Below are positions 46,304-60,914 of a DNA stretch of 64,000 nucleotides, in pieces. This stretch comes from Schmidtea polychroa (lineage: Eukaryota): positions 40,116,001-40,180,000 of the forward strand of contig CM097885.1 in NCBI GenBank assembly GCA_044892525.1. The letters are read 5' to 3'. Each line of letters starts with the position of its first letter. The first letter of the stretch is position 1. Below the pieces are notes generated by a model. It saw only the letters and a program-made list of their open reading frames with translations, was not told the origin of the DNA and ran no database searches. A program made the translations under genes and the position numbers.

Positions 46304-48299
46304 CACAATTTGACCTACTGTTGAAATAACAATAAAATCTGTTGTTAAATATGTTTAAATATATTAATCTCCATCACTAGTAACAACAGTGCAGCATCAC
46401 AATGCATTAGTATACACATTGTCAGTAATAATATCACACAAAAGACCCACATTTATTTCAGATGACATTTTCATACGTGGGTGCGTTGTTCAACATTAAA
46501 GAATGAGACTTATAATTGTACTGTGCTTTTCAGCATACTCAAACACAAAATTTCTTTTCTTTTTTTTTACTGATGCACTCAATTTTTTATTGTAGCATAA
46601 AGGCGAAATCAATCTCAACAAATTTCACTGTGTGCTATTTCATAGAATTTGACAAATACTTGCACACTTTTTTGAGCACTTATTTGACTTATCTACGGTG
46701 CCATATTTTTGTTTAATGCTCATAATAATCAGTTTTTTTATTATTAAAATATTAATATTTTTTTATTTAATCAGCACATTATTAGGAAAGGATTGTTGGT
46801 GGAAATTGTTTGAAATTTCTTTAAGCATAAACTTGATAAATATAAGACCGAATAAAATTAATTAATGAGCGCAAATTTTCTCACTGGCATTTTAGAAAGT
46901 CTAAAAAAATAATTAAAGTCTGCGAATATGAATTAATTGATTCGATGTTGGTAATTTGGAAATTTAGTTCATTTTCTCTATTTTTTTTACATCAATTTTT
47001 TTTGTAAATATTTTTATTATGTTTTTTAAAACTTAAATTTATTTTATACAAATTATTGTTGGGTTTAATAAAAAATATGTTTACTCTAATAATAAAGTTG
47101 AAATGTGCCCCAAAATTATTCATAGAAAAAAAAATTTATAATTAAATAAAAATAATGCTTAAAAAAACAATTGCTAAAATAATTTATAATAAAGAAAAAG
47201 AAATTGATAATTATTTTTTGTTAAAATTCCTTTTATTGGATAATTCTAATTGTTGGTAAATTTTGATTTCATACATTCGAAATTAACAATAAAAGTTAAT
47301 AAATAAAAAAAAATCATGTAAATAATAAACAACCATCATTTGATGACCTTGAAAACCTCAAGGAAAAGAAAACACATATTTAAGGGGAAAATTAATGAAT
47401 AAGTACATGCGAATTGCTGTCAAGCTCAATCGAAAACAACAAATCAAAACAAATTTTAAAAAAATCAAAATTATTTAAATGAGTGGATGTCGATCATTTC
47501 TCTTATGCCAAAACTATAAACGGGCATGAATTAAATGATTGCCAAATTCAAACGAAACTAGTGACGCTAAACTAATATAAAAATTTCTAATAATAGAATA
47601 AACTTAAAATTAATAAAGTGACATCGAAAGTAATAACAGAACAAATAAAATGGAAGGTTGCAGCTAATCCACATTTTACCCACTCGTGATGATTACAGTG
47701 CAACCCAGGATATAATAGGTTTTACCATTCGACACCCGTTGAATGAACAGCGTTGGTAATGTGTTGAATGGGAGAATGCTTGTGAAAATTGAGCGCAACT
47801 TAGTGCACTGTAATCGACAAACAATCGAACGAGGTCGCGGACCACCGATAGCAGGTATGTGTCAGTCTTCATTTTATGTCCCTTATATATCCCACAATCC
47901 AAATTTAGTAGTGTCTATGATTTTGGCTACATCTATTATTTATAAAAAAGAAACATCGAAAACAGTTATCGGGTTTCTTTCGTTACTTCCTCTGACAACT
48001 CAAGCTCAGGTTTCGACGGACGTGTCCCACAATATGGGCCTCTTTCCGGTCTCTTCGCCGAGCTCTCTTCCTTCTTCTCGCAAAACAGTAGAATTAACCC
48101 GAAATCACAGATGCTCTAAAAATTTTGAAAATGTTATTATTTAAAAACGTAATTCAGAATTTAGGTCTGTCAGTTTGTATTCCCCCTTTTTAATATTTAC
48201 ATTACCGCTGTCCTTCAACAACCAATTCATTCCCATATTCATTCATCAAATATATAAAAAGAAAAGAAAACTTATTTTTATTTAGTCAATAGTATCACT

Positions 48300-49300
48300 A
48301 AAAAAATTATTCGGTTCTGGTTATTATCGTTTTCTCGTTCTGTAATCGGCCCTAGTCTGGAAGACCGTACCAGAATTAAGCCTTCTTGTAGAATGTCCTC
48401 TCAATCGGTTTCACATTGTTGTTTGATCTTCTAGTGTTCATTAGATAGATGTAGCAACTCGTTGTCGGTACTGGGTTTCATACCTGTTCATATGTATTTT
48501 TTACTCGTTTTAGCCGAGCAATGGCCACACAGGCTTCCCTTGTGGCAACTGATAAGGCTTGATGTGGTAGATTTACTTTAGGCTCCCTTACCACTGGCAG
48601 CTGTACATTGTTCGTTTGATCGTGATGTCCATTCTTGAAATCCGAGGCATTTACACTGAACCCTTGATTGTAGACATCAGTTTGGTTGATATCTCTCATA
48701 AAAATGATGTGATCTTAAATTGCCGACTTCACTTTTTCTAATAGGTTTATTTAAAAGTTCATCTGCTTATTTAATATTTGTTTTCATTGCTGTTGTTGGT
48801 CTGGTAAATTTCGTTATGATAAATTTCGTTAATTACTTTTTCATGTTTCTTAATACCTTCTTTTCTTTCTTCCATAATCTTAAATTAGTTCATTTTTAAA
48901 TATTTCTTCATTTCAATATCTTCTACTGCATTGAAAATCAGATATTTCTGTAATTCCTTTTTATTCAATTTGTATCGCAAAATTTGGCGAACTTTTCTCA
49001 ATAATATATTCATATCCACAATATTCATAGGCTGAATCATTGCCTTGGCGACATTTGAGAGTTTCGTGAAGATCATCCATACAATTCATTGGCTTTTTGA
49101 AAGCGTCTTTTAGACGATCCAAATAGTGACTCCATGAGTTGCTTCATTTTATTATAGCATTTGCGGATAAAATGCTAATACAAACTTCCCTCTGCATTCT
49201 TTTGAGATGTCCATAAGCTCAAAAAATCTTTAACATTCATGCAAAAATGTCAGCTCCAATTTCGTAGTTGTCTGGCGGTTTAATAAAATTGTCCATCGTG
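48300..49300 (-). mobile_element. Highly degenerate Gag-like retroelement remnant
   Basis: Broken reading YLDRLKDAFKKPMNCMDDLHETLKCRQGND resembles the Gag at 55003-55689; many stops. Confidence 0.4.
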
Positions 49301-50878
49301 TTACTTGTTATACTTTTAGTATTTATAACGTCTATACTTAAATACAATATTTATTAAATTCTAACCAATTCAAGTTGTTTGCAATATTCAAACAAATCTC
49401 CACGAGGATTTTTATTCAACGTCGAGTAATGTAAACACAAGGAAATTTTATATCACATCAATCCATAACATACATTCATTTAATATTTTGTTTTACTTTT
49501 ATTTAATTATTTAATTATTTATTTAATTAATTAATTTAATTATTTTCTCACAGTTGATAAAAACATTTGAATTTAAAATATTTTGAAAAGGAGAACAATG
49601 AAATAATAAATAAATTTGATAATAAAATATCCAAAATAAGTAAAACACGGAAAGTTTAGAATGTATAAATTATTAATTAAAATATATTTATAAAAAAATG
49701 AAGTAACTTTATTCATAGGAAACTGAAGAGTTTTGAAGTTTGTGTCTTAGAAGCTATGTGATGTGTTGACATTCGATTGTCAGAAAGAGATTGATCGATA
49801 AAGTGAAGACAAGGGAAAGATTGAATTCAAACTAACCACAGGCAACATTAATAAACCAACTACAAACATCAAACGAAATCATCATCTCATCCACACTCTG
49901 TCTATATAGCAGTATTACGCAGCCCAAAACATACAGCGGACCTAAAATCTATCTATTCTTTGTACACGGAAAAATTTTATTTTTTCGCGGCCAAAAATAT
50001 ATTTTTTTATTATTCTGCTCAACAGGATATTAAAAAATTATATTTGTAATACGCGATCGTAACCAAGCAACTTAAAAAACCAAAGAAAAAAATTAATATA
50101 ACCAAAGAAGAAAATAAAAGATTGGAAAATTTTACAACGAAATTATCTATGAAATGTTATATCATTAATCTTATTTGGTTCAAGAACGTTCGTGAATCCC
50201 CTTGAGGTTTATATTTTTGTTGTTTAATAAACAATTTAAAGTTAAACTAGTTTTTATATTTTATCTTTATTCGATATTTATTTTAGTTGTTATGCTTGTA
50301 AAACATTTGACATACAAACTCCCCAGCTGTCCCGAAAAAAAACATTTTTAAAGGTGACTCTGCTGGGCTCTCACAAACTTTCTTATAACACGCATACATA
50401 AACATCAAACAATCATATCTAACAACACTATCATTGATAGTAACAATAAAATTTCACAATAAGGCTTTTAAAAAACAGCTCGTCCAGTGTTGCATCGTTT
50501 AAACGATTTCTTATTTTTCTTACAAATCGGTCTGCCGAAGAAAATACACTATAAAATATATCATTTAAAAGATTTTTAAAATTATTTTAATTTAAGAAAT
50601 AATTAATTATTTAAATTAAACTATTCCTTCGTAAGATAGTGAAAAAACTGTTTCTATTCATTCAATTTGAGGTGCTGATATCCAAGTTTGGTTTTGATAT
50701 CCATGACACTTGATATAGTACTTTTGATTTTTACCTTTATTTTTTTTTATTTAAGAATCTTTTCAATTCTAAATTCAAAGATGGAGTTGGAATAACTGTT
50801 TGTAAAATTTATCAATATTTTTTAAATTATCACAAACTTAGATTTTTAAAATTATTTAATTATTTAAAAATGTAAAAT

Positions 50879-51410
50879 GTGATTATATCGTGGCTTTTGC
50901 CGTATTCTGAAGGATATAAAGATTTCAAAAGAAAGATTGGTAAGCAGTTGGGTACATTGAATTATAGAATTTTTTCAAAATCGTGTAAAGTACGTAGTAC
51001 GTTTGTTAGTAAATTTCAAACGCCGGTTGGATTGTGTTCGTATCTCGTTTATCAATTCATATGTAATGGCTGTAATGCCACATACACTGGAGAGACTTCC
51101 CATCATCTCTGTACTCGAGTTCAAGAACACTGTCGACCGAAGGGTGTGCCCAATATTAAGGATCACAATAAAGTCTGTATGAGAGAATTAGAAATGTCTG
51201 ATTTTACAATCTTATCAAAAATACTTGATAATTGTTTTGAGCGTGTGATATGTGAAGCATTATTGATAAGAACTTTTTAAGAACTTTTAAGAATGCAGTG
51301 AATACGTGTGTATTGAATGTTTTTAATAAAGTTTTTGTATGTTGATGTATATTAATAATAGTTATGTTAAGTAATTAAAAAAATAATTAAAATAATATTT
51401 TTAAATAATT
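50879..51410 (+). mobile_element. Penelope-like element 3' fragment (GIY-YIG endonuclease)
   Basis: LVYQFICNGCNATYTGETSHHLCTRVQEH...EALLIR. Confidence 0.85.
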
Positions 51411-51787
51411 TTAAAAGTTTAAATGTAATTGATAATTGAAAATTATTTTTAAAAAATAATTGTTTAAAATTTTTATTTATAATTTAAAATTTATAGATTT
51501 TATAAATTGTTTATATATTATCAATATAGTATAGTTATTCATCCGTCATGAATTTTGTAAAATTTAAAATAAATGAGAAAAACACTGAAAATTAACATTA
51601 ATAATATTTCGAATTGCGCTCAAAGCTAAAATATAATATTTATAAAATGTTTGTTTATCTACATCAAAATACAAATTATAAATATTGAAATTGTAAATAT
51701 CAGAGGAAGTAATTAATATAATAAGTATGATTTATGAATGTTGTAAAATGTTGAAATATTTTGATAATTTTGTCAATTTTAGATAAA

Positions 51788-53163
51788 ATGTTGGCAAGCG
51801 TATGGGAAATGATGAAGAATTTTAAATTTGATAATGAAGTCAAAAGTAAATTGAATTGCAAAATTTGCAAAGGTTTAATGATAAAAGCTTGCAATGCTCC
51901 TTGCGGTTGCCGCTTTTGTTTTGATTGCATTCAGCAATATTCTGTAGAAAAATTCTGTCCAGGAGCGGCAAAACATTGTGGAAAGAAAATGTTAAATTTC
52001 AATAAGGATGTTTCGGAAGATCATGTAGCCAATTTAAAGATTTCAGAAGTGATAGTGAGATGCCCAATGCAAAATTGTCAATTCAAAGATAAATTAGAGG
52101 TGATGGAGAGCCACATGAGAACATGCAACAAGCACTCAATCAAATGCCCATTCAATAGAATTGGATGCGAAATGAATGAGGTGGTGAAGGATGAAATGAA
52201 AGTCCATCTCGATGAGAACAATGAAGGCCATAGCAAATTATTGATTGATTAGATCATTAATTTGCGCAATGAGATGCAAGCAATGAGAGATGAGAATATG
52301 AAATTGCTTAAAGAAATTAACAATATCAATGTAAAATTTTATTTGTAATTAATTTTATTGATATTTGTGATTGAAGATGAAATTGTGCAATATTGAAAGG
52401 AAAGAGGCGGAGAACAAAAGGGAAATAGAAGAATTGAATGAGGAAATGGTGGTAGTGAAGAATGAAAATCGCTCATTGAGAATGGAGATGAAGACAAATA
52501 TTGGATCAATCAATCAAGTTTTATTATTGATTTCATTTGTTATTGATTGGTTATTAATTAAAGCAGATCAGACAGCAAATTGAGGTGATTGAATCAAAAT
52601 TTCAACAGCAAATTGATGAGATGAAGGAGAAATGCGAGCAGCCCTGCAACAGGAAATTAAAAAGGTGATTTATTGATTTATTGAGATGTTTGAATGAGAT
52701 TCAGTTACAGGTTGAAATGACGAAACACCCCAAAGAAATGAAAACAAAATTAGATAATGAAATATATATAAATTTTGAATGGCAAATCGATCTTACACAA
52801 CTTAAGAGAAATGAAAATATTTACAGCAGGGAATTTAATTCCGAACCATTTGGTTACCAAATGTGCTTGGCGGTGATGATTAGGGTTTTAGGAGGTATTT
52901 GGACTGGTTTCTGTTTGATGCGTGGGGAAAATGATGAGCAATTGGATTGGCCGTTCAAACAATCGGTGAAAATCAATGTGATCGATCCAGCAAATGACAA
53001 CATTTATTAGAGTAAGTCAATAAAATATTCAGATTGCCCTGATGATGCCGGATGGAGGAAACCGTCAAATGACAGAAATGATCCAATTTCCTTTTATTAT
53101 ATTGGTGAATTTGAAGCCAATAATGATGAATTGCTGCTCAGATGCATAATTGAAAAATTATAA
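51788..53163 (+). pseudogene. TRAF-family gene (RING, TRAF zinc fingers, coiled coil, MATH) with premature stops
   Basis: CKICKGLM...PCGCRFCFDC...CP RING; CPMQNC...HMRTC and CPFNRIGC fingers; FEWQI, GYQMCL, MRGENDEQLDWPF MATH motifs; short introns (e.g. 52331-52376); TAG at 52250 and 53008. Confidence 0.85.
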
Positions 53164-53850
53164 ATAAAAAAAAACATTTCAATAAAAAATTGATTTATTT
53201 TGGCTTTTGATCTGTTTTATTATTATTTTATTTTATTAAATTATTATTGTAATATGACTCATTCAAGGTCATATGAGTCGTTTAAAGTTATTATCAAGGT
53301 AGTATGAGTCATCCGATGAGTCATGCTGCAATTTTAAAATTTAACTTTTCAGAATTCCCGCATGGATTTTATTGAATTATAGCTCATTTCAAAGGTCTTT
53401 CAATGGTCAATTACTTGCGCGGAAGTTATTATTACTATTATTATTAATATTATTACTATTATTAATATTATTATTAATAATAAAATATTATTATTATTAG
53501 TGATATTATTTTTATTATTAATATATAGTTTTATTATATAAACTCATAGTTTATCCGACAAGATATTTTGCCCCTTATGGGTAGTGCTCATAAGGGAAAG
53601 GCCGTGCGAAGATAAAGCTGTGCCTGTGGCAAAAACAAAATGCCTCCCTCCCAAAAAAAGCTGGAATTATTAAATAATAGACTATTAAATAGCATATATT
53701 CAAAAAAGGTTTTCTCAATCGTTATATGTAATACATTTATCATCATATAAGACAATAAAATAAGCCCCCCCTGCACTCTCAACATGTCGCAAGGTCAAAC
53801 AAGCCAAAAAAACATTAATACATTTATTAAACAATAAAATAATTTAAAAT

Positions 53851-55689
53851 TTATAATGGTACTAAAATAAACACGATAAAAATTTTATTAATAGAAATCG
53901 ACAAATTTTGTATTGCTTCTTCAATTTTTGTTTTCAAATTTAATGGTTGACTATATGGTTTTATGTTTATCGGTTCACCTCTTGTAATTATCTCATGTTT
54001 TACTAAATATGTGCGACCCACATCCAATTTATTCGCCATAAACACGTTTCCACTATTCGTTATTATTTCCTTTAATTTACGATCCTCATTATTCTTTAGC
54101 TTTTCCAACGCTAGCATCAATCGTTCTCTATCCTTTATTTGTTTGCCGAATTTTACTTCAATGTTACAAATATAGTTCTTGTCTTTTTCACTAGATTCGC
54201 GATCTTTCTTTTTTGCCAGCCTATATCCAAATACTTCTTGTAATTCTACTCCTCCAATCAACCCTGGTGTCACTTTCTCAGCCACAATGAATTTAACTTC
54301 CTTAGAAATATCTCCGATAGTTACTTTAACCTTTGTTCTTCCAATTGTCTCTATCGTACTTTCGTTTGCACATTGTAACTTATCGTCGCTTCTCATCAAT
54401 TGTTGTCCTCGTAACTTGATAAAACAGTTTACACTCGTTAAGTTTATTCGTGCTCCGGTGTCTAATAAATAGTTGAAAATTCCCCCATTCATCATTACTG
54501 TTACACTAGGTCTTCCATGTAGCTTGTTATACACAATTTCTACCTCATGTCCCGTTTCAATTGTTCCAATTCTATCCACTCCCTTTTCAAACCTTTCTCT
54601 CCTTAGGAACCAATATACTTTCTCACTTACTCTTCCTACATTCTCCCACTTTTCTACCCCTTGAGGATATCCCATCCACTTTTCTGTTAGTATATGGCTC
54701 CAACCAACTCCTCTACTGGTGGAGCCCTGTTGTTTGGGTACGTCCTACTAAAATTATCTTCATTTGTCTCTACACACAATTCCATTTCCTCTTTTTCTTC
54801 GATTCCATTAATCCGGCTGTATCTGTTTCCTGTCGGTCTTTGTTTCTCTATCGTTTTCTTGTAACTCGACTTTGTATAACATTCTTCAGATCTATGACCA
54901 TTTCTGTTGCATCTTTTACACTGTATTTCTTGACATAACCTTCTTATATGACCTACATTCCCACAACCAGAACATCTTCGCACTTTTATATCTGGACAAT
55001 TCCTACTTATATGTCCACTTCTGTGACACGTCCAGCATTCTATCTGACTTATCACTGGACAGTCTATTTTCGTGTGGCCTATTTTGTGGCATAGCCAGCA
55101 CTCTAGTTCTTCTCGTCGTCTGCCTTATTCCTCTTTCATCTTTCTGCTTGTACTGTCCTCTTCTCTGTGAATCCTGATAGACCACTTTTGCATAACTTTT
55201 CATAGCGTTTATCCGATCTCTCTGTTTGTCCACTTTATCCATCAGAATTAATGTTTTTTTTATCTCATCTGTGCTTTTTATCGTCCGCAATATTACTTCT
55301 TTCCCAACTTCTTTATTCTCAGCACATACTATCAACATCTTTGCTGTTATTTTCTTTATGGTGAATTCTTTATTCTCAAACAACCTATCCACAAGGTCCT
55401 TCACTTTTTTAAAATATGTTTCGATCTCTTCGCCTCTTCTTTTATAATTCAATAAATTTTCCATATCCTTTATTACTTCTCTTTCGTAATCAAATGCCAT
55501 TCGTAACCTGGCTTGAAACTTTTCTGCTTTTTTAATTGTCTTCGCATATTTCTCCAATAGATCCTTGTCGATCATACATGCAGTCAATCTTTCCTGTTCT
55601 TTTTTATTTATGCCTTTAGGATCGAAATAAATCTCGCATCTTCTAATGAACTTTTCCAAGTCATCACCTTGACATATTAGGATTTTCAT
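53851..55689 (-). mobile_element. Truncated Ty3/Gypsy gag-protease fragment
   Basis: Gag; knuckles CWTCHRSGHISRNC, CSGCGNVGHIRRLC, CKRCNRNGHRSEEC; protease LLDTGA and LIGG; stops at the start of RT (HEIITRGEPINIKPY). Confidence 0.88.
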
Positions 55690-55829
55690 CCGTTAGAACA
55701 TTAATATCTAGTTCCAAATCACTAAATAATTCCATAAATTTTATTCAATAAATGTTACACTCAAAAACTGGTCAAAAACTTGTCAAAATCTTATTCCTCA
55801 TAAAAATAATTTTCAACAATCAATTACTT

Positions 55830-56103
55830 TTAAAATTCTTAAAAAATATTATTTTAATTATTTTTTTAATTATTTAACATAACTATTATTCAATATACAT
55901 CAACATACAAAAACTTAATTAAAACATTCAACACACACGTATTCACTGCATTCTGCACATTGATTTTAGGATTAAAAGTTCTTATCAATAATGCTTCACA
56001 TATCACACGTTCAAAACAATTATCAAAATCTTTTGATTTTAAAATCCGACATTCCTAATTCCCTCATACAGACTTTATTATGATCCTTAATATTGGACAC
56101 TCC
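55830..56103 (-). mobile_element. Second, inverted Penelope-like 3' fragment
   Basis: Reverse complement of ~51143-51410 (CCAATATTAAGGATCA..., GAAGCATTATTGATAAGAACTTTT, GAATGCAGTGAATACGTGTGT). Confidence 0.85.
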
Positions 56104-56872
56104 AGGTAATGGTAATCTAAATATTTATGTATTCATATTTACTGCCATATTGTTTGAAATTGGTAACGTTGAATTGTTAATGGTTTTCAGATATTCTAGC
56201 GATTCTTTAATTTTTTGAATTTTGTTTATTATTATTTCATTCTTTCTTAACAAATGGTTATGTTTCTTGTCAACAATTTTCAAATCCTTTTTTATTCAAC
56301 AATTGATTTTTTGAACTTTTCAATATTGTCGTGTAATTTAAGTTTTAAAGACTGTATATTTTCAAATCTCTATATTCAGGTATCTATATTCTGCAATCTT
56401 TCGGATATTCTTTTTCCTGGTGGCTTTAACCATTTTGGTTTATTAATAATATATAAAATATCCAACAACTTGGCGGTATTTGGACAAACTTTTCTAGGGC
56501 AATTCGTTGCAGGACAATTCGTCCCAGACAATTAATCTAAAAGACAGCATAAAAATTGGAAAAATATATGGTTCTATTGATTTTTTTATAAATTAATTGA
56601 ATATTAAAATATAATAAATTTTAATTTTTTTAATTTATTTTTCTTAGATTTTTCTCATGTAATAGAATTGCTTTTCAAATCGCTAAAAATGGCAAAATTT
56701 ATAAAAATAATAAATAAGACTGAGTTATTCTTATCTAGTTATGATATAAATTATAATTATTAAATCTAAACTTAAAGCATAACATTTATAATAGTTATGT
56801 TTGCTTGCTTATACACATATAATATTAATAACACAATAAATGATTTATTTTATTGTTTTCAGCTAATTCATT

Positions 56873-57050
56873 TAAGAAATCTCTAAATCCGGAACTGTAA
56901 CTCCTTAAGTGTTTCACCATTTTGTCTGGTTCATCTTCCTCATAATCCAATAATTTATATTTTAATAAGAAATTTCTAAATCCAGAACATAAGTCATTTA
57001 GTGTTTCACCATTTTGTCTGGTTCATCTTCCTCATAATCATATAATTCAT
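56873..57050. repeat. ~92-bp imperfect tandem duplication
   Basis: AGTGTTTCACCATTTTGTCTGGTTCATCTTCCTCATAATC occurs twice. Confidence 0.8.
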
Positions 57051-57308
57051 TTTCTTCATTAAAATAATTAAAATATTGTAGTAAATTCTTTATTTACTTA
57101 CTTTATGGATACTAAAACGAAAGAAATAAAGTTATATCAAAAGTATATTTAAATAATTTAAATTTAGTTATTTAAGCATATTTAAACATTAATATTATTA
57201 TATAGTATAATTTTATATAATATTCTAATATTATAATTTTATGTATTCTAAATTTATTAATAAATATATAAAAGATTATTATTAATGTAAGACATGAATT
57301 AATTCTTT

Positions 57309-57406
<98 letters not shown>

Positions 57407-58249
57407 TTAGGTATCTGTGTTTTATGGTGGGAATTGATAAGAAATTATATTAAAAAAGTACACCACAAATAATCAGAAAGGCTACTGGACTTAATTTATG
57501 AAGCATCTGACGATAAAATGTTAGATAACGTAAGATTTTGTTTTAAATCAATACAAATTTTAGCAATGAGAGTTGACACCACATCAGAGTCACTAAGCAA
57601 AGAAATACGTCCAATTTGCAAGATGTATTCCATGAAATCACTATCAAATAGCCCGACGGAGAGATTAATTTTGAGATAGATTACCAACAAATTCCAAAAG
57701 AGCGAGAAACCTTTTGTAAATTAAATATAATGGGGTTGGGTGGGTCCTCTTTATCCCTTAATTAATATGTATTTACCAGCTGATCGTCGTGGTGGGCGGT
57801 TGTAATCCAACTAGTGGGAGGCCTCTGTAAATATATATTGTTGTTAGTGAAAACATTAATTAATTTGGTTATAGTGCCAATGACGCATGTATTTTGTAAT
57901 GTATTTTTATACGTTTCGAATATGCTGGTAGTTGACTACCCATGCTAGGCGTAATGTTCCGTACGGAGAACTATAATGCCCAGGTTCTTCTGACCCAACT
58001 TAGGGGAGGCACAGACGACCCTTGTGGACGCGAACAAATATCCACCGTGCCTTTCAGGCACAGATATTTGGTCACTGCTCATTAGGCCTGGCAATACTTA
58101 ATGCATAAACTTTGCCTTGTCCTCTCTTGTCTTGATTTTTATAGTTTAAATATTATTAAAAATAGTATGTGTGATAAGTTTTATTTACTAACCTTAATTA
58201 ACCATAATATGCTTTAAGCTCGAAAACCCTTGCGACATGTTGAGTGCGA

Positions 58250-58330
58250 GTAGTACCCTTGTGACCATTACCCATATGAGCAATACCCATAGGGGGACAG
58301 AATATTTTGTCGGATAAACTCTGACTATAT
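58250..58330. repeat. Dispersed repeat, also at ~58748-58806 and inverted at ~53545-53600
   Basis: Shared GTACC(C/T)TTGTGACCATTACCC and GGGACAGAATAT(T/C)TTGTC(G/A)GATA(A/G)ACT. Confidence 0.7.
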
Positions 58331-58510
58331 ACACCCATGTTAAACAAGGTATGTGTATATAGAATGTATGTATAACATTGTAAATTATCGCTCTTTATTG
58401 ACAACTTCCTGTAAAGGGAAACACAGAATATTGCAAACATATAATAATTCTCTACCCCATAACTTAGTGTGTAAAAATTATTTTAGGTTTTTGACTAATA
58501 TTTGCAATAA

Positions 58511-58587
<77 letters not shown>

Positions 58588-60008
58588 TCTTTACCAATTA
58601 TAATAATAATATATCATTAGAAAGATCTTACACTAGACTTTAAGATAAGCTATCGATGGGAACACTGACTTGTTGCATGACCAAAACCATATGTTGGCAC
58701 TAATAATATTTTTTATACATTTTGTAATAATATGTTAAAGTTTTAGCAGTACCTTTGTGACCATTACCCTTAGAGGGACAGAATATCTTGTCAGATAGAC
58801 TCTGACAATATATGATAATGCAAATTATGTGCAAAGTATGTGCAATAATTTTATTTTGTCAACTTAAGCGTCAAAATAAGTTTTTAAAATATATTTAAAT
58901 TTTAAAATACCGCAACGCAATATATTTAATAATTAAAATATAATTACATTTTAAAATACCCTTTGTAATTATTTTAAATTTATAATTTATAGTTTCCTAA
59001 TTTATATATAACTATTTATAGTTTACATTTTTATAACTGCTTAGATTCCTTTTATAGTCAATATGATTTAAAATTTACATTTTTATTTTAATAAGCTTTA
59101 TACCTTTAAAATTCATAGTCGATGTTATTTAGGAAATTGAATTTATAATTTCTATTTTAGTAACTAAAAATAATTGATATCTTATGAGACTAACTTTATA
59201 CTTTATGTTATTAATTGAAAAACCTATTCGATTCAGAAGCCAATTCTTCCGCTACGTATGTCGAACACTCGGATTAATATTATTACCATTAATATAATTA
59301 AAAAAAAATTCCTTCTTTTACACTATTACTTGATAAGTTGTTTATGACATTTAGAGATCTGAATTCAACATACGTATAGGCAGAATTAACTATTGATGTT
59401 AGTAAGTTATAAGTTATGGATAACCGTCTACATTAATCATGAATTGCAGAATTGTAATTAATTTAGGTCTGAGATCTACTCCGTTTATTAACCTTAGTGT
59501 ACTGTATTATGATGATTTTGGATGTGGATTTTAATTGTGTAAGTTATTTATGTATTAAAAGTCGGGAAATTTGATTGTTTTCGCGGCCACACTGACTCCA
59601 CTACGGCAAACTCTACTGTTGTGTATAGTCAACAACGTACTGCTGACAGATAATATTTAGATATAGTCAAACGGAGGGAGTTTATCCACTCAACTCCATG
59701 GCAGAACCATGAAGTGATGCGACCTCCGATGACAGAACAGAAGAAATTGAATAGTATCGATAATGCATGTCTGCGTGTTAAAATGAATTAAAAATTATGG
59801 TTGAATGCAGGACTGAGCAGAGACGCAGATAAATCAATGTGTCTCTAATCACTCTTACATTCAACGAAAACGAAAAACAAGTTAAAAATTAAAATATAAA
59901 AGGGTTTTCATAAAATATAATAAATGAAAATGTTCGTATTAAAATACATATATGCAATCAAACATAGGCTTACTATTAAAATTTTCTTCAAATAAGATGT
60001 TTATAAAA

Positions 60009-60842
60009 ACAAATTTGGCATTAAAGATAGATTCCTTGTGACTAAAATGTGTCGGTATATATGCCTATTTTTGTGTTTGCAAATACGTGTGTGCACGTTG
60101 ATGCATTAAAACAAGCTCGAATTCTTTTTAATTCAAGAATGTTCTATTTCACATTTTTGATGATTTTAATGATTTTAATGCCATAATTTTTATTTTAAAA
60201 TTTTTATTTTTTAATCATTTTTTGTTAAATTTGCCTCCATGATGGATTTGAGCAATTCCAGAACATTCCATATTAAATTAAAGTTAATTTCTATTTTAAC
60301 GTTGTTTTTCTAAATTCTTTTCTTAAATTTTTATTTTTAAAATTAATTTATTTATTTTCATTAACTTTTATTGATTTGAATGGCTTCCATGATGGATTTC
60401 GCTATTTTTATGAATTTCTCTGGATTTTTTCTAGAATTTAGCATTTCTGCTATCTTTCGATTTCATTCAAGTTTGTTTTTTGTATTTCTATGTTTCTCTG
60501 TTATGTTTGAGTATTTTGTTTTTATTTTTTGTTATTATCTATTAATTATTATTCTTTATTTGATGTTTCATCTTTTAATTTTGACTAAACTTATTGCTAG
60601 GTATGCATGTTGTGTACCACCACATTTTGTCACATTTATAGAATTTTGGGTCTAGATGTCAATTCTAGCCCAACAATGTTGAGAATTAAATTCTACCTAT
60701 ATATTTTTTGAATGAAAACAACTCAAGTATTTTAAAATTGAATGCAAATTCCAAAATAGTGTACTAAAAATGAAATTTCAAAATTATGATTATGTCATAG
60801 GCTCATTAGAGAATTTAATTTCAAGCAATAGAGTAGCAATAG

Positions 60843-60914
<72 letters not shown>

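Noticed and set aside
47691..47815. 12-bp inverted repeat GATTACAGTGCA/TGCACTGTAATC, possible Tc1-type MITE
   Set aside because: Short, single copy in the window, and no further support.
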